A DNA stretch of 63,349 nt from positions 13,450,301 to 13,513,649 of the forward strand of contig NC_069000.1 of the NCBI RefSeq assembly GCF_001194135.2, written 5' to 3'. This DNA is from Octopus bimaculoides (Eukaryota). Below are positions 13,076 to 25,863 of this stretch, in pieces; the first letter of the stretch is position 1, and each line of letters starts with the position of its first letter. A program made the position numbers and the translations under genes. A model generated the notes under the pieces. That model searched no databases. It was given only the letters and a program-made list of their open reading frames with translations, and was not told the origin of the DNA.

Positions 13076-14519
13076 TTAACGTACGTGAGTTCGTTTATTC
13101 AAACATGTATTCTTCTAGTTGAGAAAAATTACAAACTAATTTCTATGTTGACGTGATTTAAAAGCGTGTGTTTCTTGTTTATTTATCATCACCAACCACA
13201 GCATCAACACATTGTTATTGATCTTTCTTTTCCATTCCATGCGTTTGTTATCAACGGAAAGATAAGTTACTTTAAGAAACGTTGTGGAGCTCTGCTTTTT
13301 AATAGTTAATAACAGTAAATTTTTTAAACATCTCTAAACCAATTTTTTTTTTTTTTCCTCGCACCAGTAAATTCTGTGAAAGTGCACTAATACTTCAGAT
13401 CAACAGTTGTTAATGCTGGAATCAAAATTAGAAGTAGTGAAAATAAATAAACTGTGGATATAATTTACCTTTTTTTATCTGTTTTATTTTCTCCCTTTTT
13501 ACGACTGGAAACATCAGCTACCTTATTGATATTCATGATGTTTAGGAGAGAAGTAATAAAAAAGACAAAATGGCGGACACAAATAAAGACTGATCTCCAA
13601 TCTAAGTGCGGGAGAAAGAATGGGTTTCGTGCTCGATCATGCGATGTGAGATTTTAAAACAGATTTAGTTTGTAGATAGAGATTAATGGATAAAGCTGAA
13701 ACTAATTTGCAGTAGGGACTTATTGAGAGTTTATTGTTTATTACACACACATATGCACACAAATAGAAAGACACGCGCGCGCACACACACACACACACGC
13801 ATACAAAAACACAGGCGCACACAAACAAACATAAGCACTTATATCACACGTGAATATAATATAGAGTATATACGATTGTATGTAACTACACGCACTCACA
13901 GGCACATATATACGGTACGTTTGTTTATATATATATACATACATACACACATATATATATANNNNNNNNNNCATAGATACATACAAACATACATCTATAT
14001 ATATATATTATATATACATATATATATATATATATAATATAGAGCGTATACGAATGTACATAATTACACTGACTCACACGCACACACATATAACGAATGT
14101 ATATTTATGCGTGTGTGTGTGTGTGTGCGTGTGTATGTACATTTAAATATACATACATTTATACGCACAAACACAGAGAGACAGACAGACCGACAGGCAG
14201 TAGGGTATATAATACCACTTGCTGAAGTGAGAGCCGAGGGTCCAAAACCACCCGAAACTCACAATAAGGATACACACGAGCAATGCAATGAAGATGTCGG
14301 AATGTGTGTGCGGTTCGTGCGGGTGTGTTTTCTGTCTCTATTTGTGCTGATACTGATGGTTTGTTGAATACTGAATATTAAGTATTTATGGAAGTTTGAT
14401 TTACTGTCGGGTGACTTTAGGCCAACCCTGTAGATATATATATATATATATATATAGTTTTAAAAAAAACAATGACAAAAAAAAACAAAAAAACAACAAA
14501 GTGAGGACGTGATATGGAT

Positions 14520-14630
14520 AGTATTATTGGACGCTCAGGAAAGGAAAGAGAGAGTGTATGACGTTTCGGGCGTAGCCCTTCGTCGGAAAGATGGAAAGTT
14601 CGGAGAATGGAAGAACGGAGAAAGAGGAAA
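14520..14630 (-). mobile_element. Penelope-like/retrozyme-like fragment with minimal hammerhead-like core
   Basis: Minus strand TCTTT-CCGACGA-A-GGGC-TAC-GCCC-GAAACGTC; related to 43085-43210. Confidence 0.5.
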
Positions 14631-15128
14631 NNNNNNNNNNNNNNNNNNNNNNNNNNNNNNNNNNNNNNNNNNNNNNNNNNNNNNNNNNNNNNNNNNNNNN
14701 NNNNNNNNNNNNNNNNNNNNNNNNNNNNNNNNNNNNNNNNNNNNNNNNNNNNNNNNNNNNNNNNNNNNNNNNNNNNNNNNNNNNNNNNNNNNNNNNNNNN
14801 NNNNNNNNNNNNNNNNNNNNNNNNNNNNNNNNNNNNNNNNNNNNNNNNNNNNNNNNNNNNNNNNNNNNNNNNNNNNNNNNNNNNNNNNNNNNNNNNNNNN
14901 NNNNNNNNNNNNNNNNNNNNNNNNNNNNNNNNNNNNNNNNNNNNNNNNNNNNNNNNNNNNNNNNNNNNNNNNNGTGTGTGTGTGTGCAGTATTTGGTGTT
15001 AGTGTATGCGCAGATTTGTATGTTTGTTTTATGGATGCGTTTTTATGTATGTATGTATGTATGTATGTATGTATGTATGTATGTGTGTATGTGTGTGTGT
15101 ATGTATGTATATATGTATTTGTGTATCT

Positions 15129-15334
15129 GTGTTTGTCCCCCCACCATGGCTTGACAACCGATGATGGTGTGTTTATGTCCCCGTAAACTGGCGGTTCAGC
15201 AAAAGTGACCGATAGAATAAGTACTAGGCTTTCAACGAATAAGTCCTGGGGTCGATTTGCTCAACTAAAGATGGTGCTCCAACATCGCCGCAGTCAATTG
15301 ACTGAAACAAATAAAAGAATAAAGAATAAAGAAT
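15129..15334 (+). mobile_element. SINE-A 3' half (head probably lost in the gap)
   Basis: Follows a (TG/TATG)n linker; tail ends (AAAGAAT)n. Confidence 0.9.
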
Positions 15335-15340
15335 TAAATT

Positions 15341-15497
15341 TGGTGGCCACTAGGGTTCAAATTCCGTCGAGGTGGACTTTCCTTTCATCTTTTTGGGGTC
15401 GATGAATTACGTAGCAGTCAAGTACTGGGGTCGATCTAACCGATTAGCTCCATGTACAAACATTTCAGGCCTTGTGCCTATAGTAGAAAGGTTATTT
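15341..15497 (+). mobile_element. SINE-B 5'-truncated, T1b tail
   Basis: GTTCAAATTCC box B, shared core, tail AGGCCTTGTGCCTATAGTAGAAAGG. Confidence 0.85.
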
Positions 15498-15817
15498 AGC
15501 TCCAGATTATCGCTGATCTAGCAGACATTATGGTCATAAGCATTGTAGCTATGAAGACTGCATTTTGTTCATAAATAAAGTGCCCATCGTTACATAAAAC
15601 GCTGATTCATCTCTTCCTTACGATGGCAGAGTCTAACCAGAGGAAGACATGGATGATAATTTTTAGAAGGTTGAACAACCATAGACCACTTCCCTTATTC
15701 TATTAATGGTCAAATCTCATACTGGACAAGTAAATGAGAGACAGACGCCTAATGCAACGACATTGAGTAAAACCAGCTATCGTGCTTTTAATCGATACCA
15801 CAAACCACACGCACAAG

Positions 15818-15849
<32 letters not shown>

Positions 15850-16243
15850 TACATACTCACAGAGAGGTGTGCACATATACAGGTATACATACACACACAT
15901 ATGTATATATATATACACACATTACGCTTTGTTTTTTTCTAGCAAGTAGTGTCTATGAATGTATACATACAAACATACATGCACACACGTATATATATAT
16001 AAACATACATAAGTGTGTATGTGTGTATGTGTGTATGCATGTCTGTATGTATGTATGCATATAAATATGTGTGTGTGTGTGTATAAACATATACATATAG
16101 ACACACAGACAAATAGATTTTTTTTTTACTGTCTTCAATTATTCAACTCCTTACGCGGGTGCAGTTCATAATATCGACTCCATTACTTAGCTAGAAGTTA
16201 TTTTATCGACCCTAGAGGAAGGCCATTAAATCCGACATGCATA

Positions 16244-16308
<65 letters not shown>

Positions 16309-16808
16309 NNNNNNNNNNNNNNNNNNNNNNNNNNNNNNNNNNNNNNNNNNNNNNNNNNNNNNNNNNNNNNNNNNNNNNNNNNNNNNNNNNNNNNNNNNNN
16401 NNNNNNNNNNNNNNNNNNNNNNNNNNNNNNNNNNNNNNNNNNNNNNNNNNNNNNNNNNNNNNNNNNNNNNNNNNNNNNNNNNNNNNNNNNNNNNNNNNNN
16501 NNNNNNNNNNNNNNNNNNNNNNNNNNNNNNNNNNNNNNNNNNNNNNNNNNNNNNNNNNNNNNNNNNNNNNNNNNNNNNNNNNNNNNNNNNNNNNNNNNNN
16601 NNNNNNNNNNNNNNNNNNNNNNNNNNNNNNNNNNNNNNNNNNNNNNNNNNNNNNNNNNNNNNNNNNNNNNNNNNNNNNNNNNNNNNNNNNNNNNNNNNNN
16701 NNNNNNNNNNNNNNNNNNNNNNNNNNNNNNNNNNNNNNNNNNNNNNNNNNNNNNNNNNNNNNNNNNNNNNNNNNNNNNNNNNNNNNNNNNNNNNNNNNNN
16801 NNNNNNNN

Positions 16809-16855
<47 letters not shown>

Positions 16856-17582
16856 TGCATATATACATATATATATATACGCATATACGTATACGTATAT
16901 ATATGTACATGCATATATATATATACATATATACATATATATATATATATATGTACATGCATATATATATACATATATACATACATATATAATGGATATA
17001 TGTGCGTACGTACGTATGTATGTATGTACGTATGTATGTATGTAGCCATTGATCAATCATGCTTACTTGTGTCGTATGCTATAGATGCTCTATGAGTTAC
17101 TTTTCTTCTCTTAGCTGTTGAAGTCTGAAATAAATAGATCTGTACCCACCTCTGAGGGAAGATAATATACCTCATGGAACGAAAATGATGGGGGAAAAAA
17201 ATACAATAATAATAAACCACTGTTTTAAGAAAAAGTAACTATCCCTGTTGCCAAATTGAACTTATTGACAGCACAACTTAAATTGATAAAAACTAATGTG
17301 AGATTACGAATGTTTATGGCGTGTTGACCTTAAGACGTTTGACCTAATGCTTCCATCTATGACACGATGCTGTTTGTCAACAGTAAAATACTCTATTGCA
17401 TGTTAGCGATGAAACATAATTCAGACGAAAATCTTCTGTTAAAATGTTACTGTAATTACGGAGAAAATTGTTGCAGCGCAGCAAACAGAGACAGCAACAG
17501 ATTTAACAAACTGATAGGAAGATTTTTTTAAAGAACTTCTTCAGTGGAGAGTAAAATGTTTGCAATTTTAGATAGTGGATAT

Positions 17583-18150
17583 AAGGCAGACAACCTGGCA
17601 GTATCGTTAGTGCGTCGGACAAAATGCTTACGTTCTGAGTTCAAATTCCGCCGAGGTCTACTTTGCTGTTCATCCTTTCGGGGTTGATAAAATAAGGACC
17701 AGTTGAACACTGGATTTGATGCAATCATCTAAACCCCTCCCCGGAAATTACTGGCCTTGTGCCAAAATTTGAAATTAATATTAGATAGTTAATAGAGTGG
17801 TGAGCTGGCATAAATCGTTAGAGCGCCGAGCAAAATGCATAGTGGCATTCTGTCCTTGCGTTCAGAGTTCATATGCTGCTAGGGTCGACTTATCCACTTC
17901 TCCAAAACTGCCGGTTCTGAGTCAAAATTTAAAGTCAATATTAGGCAGTGGATCATCATTATCGTTAGAGCGTAGGTTAAATGTTTTGCGGAATGTGTTC
18001 TGACGCTATACGTTCTGAAATCAACTTTACGTTTCAAGATTTCATGATAGATAAAACAAAGCAGCCGTCAGGCACCAAGGGTAATAGCATCTACAAGCCT
18101 CCACCACTTAAAATTACTTGTTTTGTGACTAAATCAGAAACAATATTTGA
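17583..18150 (+). mobile_element. Cluster of three head-to-tail SINE-B copies (17583-17781, 17795-17900, 17940-18150)
   Basis: Head GGC.GAGCTGGCA..ATCGTTAG repeated three times; first and third copies end in a T1a-like tail. Confidence 0.75.
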
Positions 18151-18499
18151 TAGTAACAGCAGAGTAATTAAGATGAATAACTGGTAAATGACAGAGATAT
18201 ATACTGATACAACGTATTTTTATGAATATTAGACTTTGCATAACAAAGAAAAAGTTCACATAAAAATCAAGCATTACTCATTGGAGTCCAGAACCGCTTT
18301 TACCAAAGACCATATCAGATACAGAAACAGGATGATAGCACGACCAAGGGAATAAGTGCAACACATTAAAAATGCCATCATAGAAACCTGTATTCAGTTT
18401 CATAAGCATTCAGAAAACGTATAGTAGTTAAATACATTTACAAACGAACATATGCTATACAAGCACACATAGACACACGAAATAAACTCACGTCTGTGA

Positions 18500-18545
<46 letters not shown>

Positions 18546-20094
18546 GTGTGTGTATGGAATAAATACAATTGCAATAGCATATATATATGTATATATACAG
18601 ATAGACATACACACATACATACACCATAACTATACCCTTGTTACACGAGAAAACCCATTGCCAAAAAGACTTATTGAAATGATTCATTATTGATGTTATG
18701 TGATGCCCTTATATGACTTTTAAGCCCAGCCAAAGTTTTATACATTTTATTACATATTGCACAGCTGTGCTGGCTGGCAGGAGAAACAGGTGCCACCGTT
18801 TCAGATCTCCAACTGAGAGGCACAACCTTTGGTCGGCGCGAGGTTATAGTAGAGCTCGGATACCACTTTCAGGTATCTTCTGCTCATTCTGCCTATTTAG
18901 AATATAGTAAGAGTTTCTAATGGCTTCGATATTAGCACATTTTATCTATTCTCTCACTAAGCTTCTGTATTAAAACAAAACAAAAGTAAACTAAAGTAGA
19001 ACTCCACTGAAACACGAAGTGGTAAGAAGTTGCACTAACAAGCATCCATGTAATACGATCGGTTGATGTATTGATGTATTTCCTTAATGGTATCCAATGA
19101 TAGCTGTTTTGTACTAAATTCTCATTAGTGGAATAAATGCAACGTCTTTCAACACTCAAGGTATAGGGGTTAATTTTAACTTCATGAACACGTTCAATGA
19201 TCGATTATTTTCTTTTTGCATTCTTCTATCATTCTTCTTCCTCTAATTATATCAGCTTTCTTTTCCAGTCTTTCTCTTTGTGTGTATGATGCGATGTTGC
19301 AACTTTTCTACTTCGCCAAGTCTGTGTAATTGATTTGCAATTTCTACTGTTGCTTCAGGCTAATATTTCGCTCGCTTCAACCCATTCAGGGCGGCAGCAG
19401 GTGGACGTTCTCTTAATTATTAGCACTGTATATAATAATAATAATAATAATAATCGATGCAGTCATTATCATAATCCGTGCAAATCCATAACTGATAGCA
19501 GCACATGTATTGGTGACTCCATATGACCATACGTAATCACGTCTAGTTGAATCAGCGAGCCTCCTAAGCTGCGGATTAAAACCGACTTCGGTATTCATCG
19601 AAGATTAAAGCCGAGCCATCCTCTAATACATTCCATAAGATGACAGCCTATATAGTGGAAAATATTCTTACAAGATCAGGTATTTGTGACAGACAGCTTT
19701 TCAAAATTTTCTGCAGAATAATCCTATACAGTGTCTTAGTAAGATGCAGAAACAGTTGCCATTCTCGAAATTTCAATACTATTTTCACACCCAAATACAT
19801 ACACATATGTGTATACACAAACTGCTGCACAGACGGACGGACGGACGGACGGACATAGAGAAGGATATATAGAGAGAGAAAGAGACAGAAAAAGAGACAG
19901 ACAGACATGAGATAGATACATGGACATATAGATAGAAAGATAGATAGATACATACATACATACATTCATACATACATACATACATACATACATACATTGA
20001 TAAATTATACACAAAGGAACATGAATGAAGAAAACTGCAATAAATACAATCGTAAGAAAGCCTTAGAGTGAATGAAATAAAATGTAAGCATAAA

Positions 20095-20440
20095 ATGCGA
20101 GCTGGCAGAAACGTTAGCACGCCGTACTTTAATAAGTACCAGTTACGCACTGAGGTCGATATAATCGACTTAATCCGTTTGTATGTCCTTGTTTGTCCCC
20201 CCTGTGTGTAGCCCCTTGTGGGCAGCAAAGAAATAAGAAACATTAGCACGCCGGGCGAAATGCTTAGCGGTATTTCGTCTGCCGTTACGCTCTGAGTTCA
20301 AATTCCGCCGAGGTCGACTTTGCCTTTCATCCTTTTGGGGTCGATAAATTAAGTACCAGTTGCGTACTAGGGTCGATCTAATCGACTGCCCCCCTCCCCA
20401 AAAATTTCTCGCCTTGTGCCTAGAGTAGAAAAGGATATTA
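20095..20440 (+). mobile_element. SINE-B (T1b tail) with a nested 5'-truncated T2-tail SINE at 20125-20235
   Basis: 18-bp TSD AGAAAC(G/A)TTAGCACGCCG at 20107-20124 and 20236-20253 inside the host head. Confidence 0.9.
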
Positions 20441-20799
20441 TATTTTATGTTGTTACTCAACTACCGAGCAGCGATCACCAAAGCAAAAACAGTTTACTAA
20501 GGCATATAAGCAGCTGTTGAATTATCATGGATAACTTTACGTCACTAAGAATATTCTCATGAAAGTACGAGTATTGCAAATAGTGATGTTTTTTTAAAGA
20601 TATGTAAAAATTGAACTCCACAATGGTCATGAGAAACCGAAAGATATGAGACGGATCCATAGGGAACATTATACGATGAACGAAATAAAAAATTATTTGT
20701 GCTTTGATTTTGTTGATTTATTTTAATATATCTGAAAGATCTTTCAGATATATGAAAATTATTTCAACTGAAATGTGTATCTTCTTCTCTCTCCCGTCA

Positions 20800-20831
<32 letters not shown>

Positions 20832-21257
20832 NNNNNNNNNNNNNNNNNNNNNNNNNNNNNNNNNNNNNNNNNNNNNNNNNNNNNNNNNNNNNNNNNNNNN
20901 NNNNNNNNNNNNNNNNNNNNNNNNNNNNNNNNNNNNNNNNNNNNNNNNNNNNNNNNNNNNNNNNNNNNNNNNNNNNNNNNNNNNNNNNNNNNNNNNNNNN
21001 NNNNNNNNNNNNNNNNNNNNNNNNNNNNNNNNNNNNNNNNNNNNNNNNNNNNNNNNNNNNNNNNNNNNNNNNNNNNNNNNNNNNNNNNNNNNNNNNNNNN
21101 NNNNNNNNNNNNNNNNNNNNNNNNNNNNNNNNNNNNNNNNNNNNNNNNNNNNNNNNNNNNNNNNNNNNNNNNNNNNNNNNNNNNNNNNNNNNNNNNNNNN
21201 NNNNNNNNNNNNNNNNNNNNNNNNNNNNNNNNNNNNNNNNNNNNNNNNNNNNNNNNN

Positions 21258-21308
<51 letters not shown>

Positions 21309-22254
21309 ATGGCATGAACTCGTATATTAATACAACCTTGCTACACCGAAATCGCTCGGCGGAGCGTAACTTAATCCCTATAAGATAGTTTTGGGAGCCA
21401 CTTTAATCACAAACAGAATATTACCACTTGTATATTATTGACACCTGTAAACAGATGTCTGCCATCTGTAACATGTAACCATCAGTCTTTTAACGCCTGG
21501 CGTGATCGTTTTTGTGGCTTGATAAATTCCGCTAACTAAAGATAAAATATGACGGATTACTACTAGGACACAACTTTCAATTTACCATTTAAACACCCAT
21601 CAAATATCTCTTTAAATATAATTATCATAATCTCTGATTTAGTGACGCGATCTATTTCCATGTATTCTTTCTTAGTTTTACCTCATTTGCACAAATCATT
21701 AAGTCATTGTTACGGTTTGTGCGCCCAATATTTCGAAATAGATTCTTAATAGTTGTATTCCCTAAACTTAATTGCAATTTCATGTCCCATGGGATATGAT
21801 GCATAAAAACAGAATTATAGATAATTCATGATAGCAACAAATGACGATTTAATGCAATGAAGATATCATTACAACGGTCTTCTATTACACAATGATTAGC
21901 ATTTTATCGAGATTCATAAAACTATTTGTATCTAATTCCCTATTCATAAATTGTCTTTACAGTTTGTAACTCGTGTGTGAAATATATGTTATTTTTCAAG
22001 TGGTTATTTAATGTAATATTATTTTTTTTAAAGTCTTCTGTTTACAATCCGTTATTTAACTTGTGATGAGAAGATATTCAAGACAATAATTGAAAATTTT
22101 TATATTAAGATATTTTTCGAGTTAAGAAGGTAAACTTAACCCTCAAGTCTACATTCCTTAAAGACGAAAATCTTGGAAACAATGAAAAAACTTTGCGAAG
22201 TGTTAAATTATAGGAGCTATAATATTCAAGAAAATGAAAATAAATTGACAATAG

Positions 22255-22380
22255 GTGCAGGAGTGGCTGTGTGATAAGAAACTTGCTTCCCAATCACATG
22301 GTTCCGCGTTCGGTCCTATTGCGTTGTACCTTGGGCAAATGAATTCTGCTATAGCCTTAGGCCGACCAAAACTTTATATC
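22255..22380 (+). mobile_element. SINE-A head
   Basis: GTGGCTGTGTGATAAG box A-like, GGTTCCGCGTTCGGTCC box B-like, CCTTGGGCAA. Confidence 0.85.
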
Positions 22381-22539
22381 AGAAATTATGTATACACAAA
22401 CCTATCGCTATTCAATTGCTTGGAAACAAAGATCATTTTTTCCAGATCTGAGGGATTAAATAAACACTGGGATAAATGCTGAGAGAGAGAGAGAAAAAAG
22501 AGAGAAAGAGAGAAAGAGCACACACACACACACACATAC

Positions 22540-22680
22540 CCACACGTCTTCTATCAGATTCGCTCAGAAGGGAATGGTCGCGACCCGAAGCTGTATTAAA
22601 GAACATTCATCCAAGCTACTATGTAATGGGACGGAACCTGAAGCTACATGGTTACAAAGCGGACTTCTTAATCACCTAAT
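22540..22680 (-). mobile_element. SINE-A head, diverged
   Basis: Degenerate reverse complement of the SINE-A head. Confidence 0.55.
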
Positions 22681-23719
22681 GTATATTTTATATAAACATA
22701 CATATATGTACATGTAAACATACACAATTACATACATTCATGCATACAAACATACATACATACATACATACATACAGACAGACAGACGTATTCATGCGCA
22801 CTATTTTTATAAATGTAGACGCAATATAAATTTCGTACTTCTGTTTGTTTAATGTATATTTTCTCTTTAGCTTCTACCTACGCACACAGTGAACGCTGAC
22901 ATTCGCTATTTAACAAAAACAACTGTCTCATTAATTTGAGATTAACATGCCAGTTTGTTTACTAATCAGCTGTCTTCCTTTGTTTTTAAACTTCCTGACA
23001 GCATGTTATAATTTAATAGAACTTCATTGTAACATGAAACTAGGTAAACATTTACGAGTAAATTTTGGTCGTTTTATATTTGGAGAGAAGCTCGCTTTCT
23101 GCTTTGAGTGAAACGCTATTGTGCGTAAGCTTTCATTCCTATTAGTACATTTATACAAGCCCGTATTTTTATAAAGACATGTACGTCCATATATAGTACA
23201 TATAAACGTGTATATTATAAATGTGTTTGGATGTGAATAGACAAAATTACATTTATTTATTCATTGAAACATTAAAAACGTGAAGTTTTTTTCAGAGAGT
23301 AAATTAGTGCATGTTTATACATATGTTAGTCTAAGACTTTTATTTCAAAACATACAAAAGCAAGTATTTTTATGAGATGTCATAAACCACCACACACCGA
23401 TAAGGAAGGGAGGAAAAAATAGAAAAGAACTAATCTCGACTTGCGGATAGGGCATGAAGTATTTACCTTATTTTTTCAGAGCAAAATATTTGTTCTGAAA
23501 AAAGATAGTAAATATCACGTGATACGCGTACATTTTTTTTTTCTTTTTTTTGTGTGTGTATGAGTGTGTGTGTTCAAATACTACGTATGAAAGAATGCTG
23601 AAAATCGCAGTTAAATTTTTGGTGGTAGGGTGGAAAGACGGTTCGGAATTTGCATACATTCCCTTACTCTTCCGAGCACACACACAGACTCTCTCTCTAT
23701 CTCTCTCTCTCGTGCGCGG

Positions 23720-23774
<55 letters not shown>

Positions 23775-23906
23775 NNNNNNNNNNNNNNNNNNNNNTCTTA
23801 TATAAAACTTACATCTGTGTATATATATGTATATGTGTGTGTTGTGTGTGTGTGTATGTGTGTGTGTGCACTTGCATGTGTGTATTTATGTATGTGTGCA
23901 TATATG

Positions 23907-24720
23907 TATATCTTGGAGGACTGAAAACAAGACATGTCAAAAGGCAGATGAACTTGGGACAGCCCTCACTCTGTTCTCCCGAGCGAGCAACACCGGCGGT
24001 GAGACTACCACTGCGGAATTTTATAGAGGGTTGGTAGAGTATGAGTCCGGCGACGTCCTGGGGGAGACTCTAGGCTTCGATGAGGAACAACTTGACCAGT
24101 CTATTCGGAAGGACATTCGGGCCGAGGTATCTGGGTAACTTCCAGAAATCTTTGGCTTGGTTGTGCTACTGATCGGCCTTACCGGTTCGAGAGAGGTTGT
24201 CCAGACACGGTTTTTTGACACCGCCCCCACATGCCCGAGGTGCGGGCGCGTCTGTGAAACTGTCGCGCACGCCTTCGTACGCTGTAAGGAGCTGAGGGAG
24301 TTGATAGCCTATGTCGGACAACTGATGTCGGGTGCAGAAAGAGTACGGCTCTCAACTGAGTCCATCGTTAAGATAGTACTGCTTCCTTCCCTTAACAAGG
24401 AAAGGAAAGCAGCTTTTCTCTGCGTAGTATCCATACTGAAAGATGCAGTATGGATGACACGTGCAAAAGGGATTGAGACAGCCCGCTTTATCTCCAGTCG
24501 CGGGTTGGGTAAGTTATTTTAACTTCCACCTGCTAAGAAAGATCCGTCTGAAGAAAAAATACCTACCTCAGAGTGTGTACGGAAAAATATGAAAAACTGT
24601 GGAAAGGAAGTTGGGTATGAACGGGGCCGTGCTAATGTAGCCGGTCAAAACGAAAAGAAGAAAGTAAGGAAAAAAACAATAAAGGAAAAAAGAGGGGGAA
24701 AACCGGCGATTCCGTCTTAA
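23907..24720 (+). mobile_element. L1/Tx1-clade LINE ORF2 3' end (zf-RVT region), frameshifted
   Basis: GNFQKSLAWLCY*SALPVRERLSRHG, then after a frameshift TCPRCGRVCETVAHAFVRC...ILKDAVWMTRAKG (CCHC zinc knuckle and WxxR motif). GC-richer than its flanks, with an A-rich 3' region. Confidence 0.85.
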
Positions 24721-25813
24721 ATCTCATACTTTTTAAATAAACGTTCAGGAGAAACACCATGATTTCTATGGATTCATACGTTATAATAAGCGATTTTATA
24801 CTCTATATATATATATGAGAGCTATGCTTCTCAAACATTTAGCCGCAGCGTACGTTCAATTCCTCAAACAATGTGACAAGTTACAAATAGCACCGATACC
24901 TGGTTCTACTCAGTTTTTCGTTTATCGTTATATAAAAGAACTAAATCATGAACATTATGGCTGTATTTTCTCTGCAGTTCTCTTGGTTGATTCTAAATCC
25001 TCATTGTCTCCATTATAAAACTTCATGCTGTTTCAACCTTTTCCTGTCTTCTTCTCACTTTCTACTATAAATACTATTTTCGTTCTTTCGTTTCCATTAC
25101 AATTTGTCTGAGAAATTCATTGCAGCAGCCGATACACGCTTTTATTCACATGTCAACGTCAATGATTTATCGATCACTGAAACGGAGGTAGTTTTTTTTT
25201 CTTTTTTCCTTAGATTTAAAATATATCTTGAACAGTCGCCCGAGCGATTGAAATGGCCAAACACAGATAAATACTGCTTATTTTGCATTATTATTTTTGG
25301 ATGTCCTTCATTTTATATTTTTATATGTCCATCTTATTGTTTGTTTTTAATTTTCTGGTGTTCTGCCTTCCCTAAATCTCATTTATTCCTTACTTTTTCC
25401 AGCAATAATGGTGTGGATTCAACTATCTAAAATGAATGACCACACAAAATGATTTTCTTATATAGATATTTAATAAATAAAATAAAAAGCCTATGGTAAA
25501 GGGAGTAAAGAACTGTTTATTAGATATACATTGTTGTTTTTTTTTTACTTTTCATCTGGAATTCAAATGAATTTTTGGCTAACTATAAAACTGACATTAG
25601 TATACCGTTTATTGTGAGATAATGGTGCCAGTAAAATACTGGACTTTCTGGTGGGGAAATGGAATTAGAAGAGAAGAACCACTTACTTTCTAACTCTATT
25701 GCCCTCATCTATCTTTGCAGCTCATTGTAGTATATAACACAAATAAATGCGAATTAAATGAAGTTGAATACATATATACAAATATATATGTATCTCTCTC
25801 TCTCTCTCTACAT

Positions 25814-25863
<50 letters not shown>

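Noticed and set aside
18765-18872. 108-nt open exon-like segment with AG/GT ends (LCWLAGETG...YHFQ)
   Set aside because: About half is an antisense SINE-A fragment and there is no homology. Exonisation is possible but unsupported.
22255-22330. tRNA-like box A/B sequences in SINE heads
   Set aside because: These are SINE promoters with no complete cloverleaf or anticodon arm, so not called as tRNA genes
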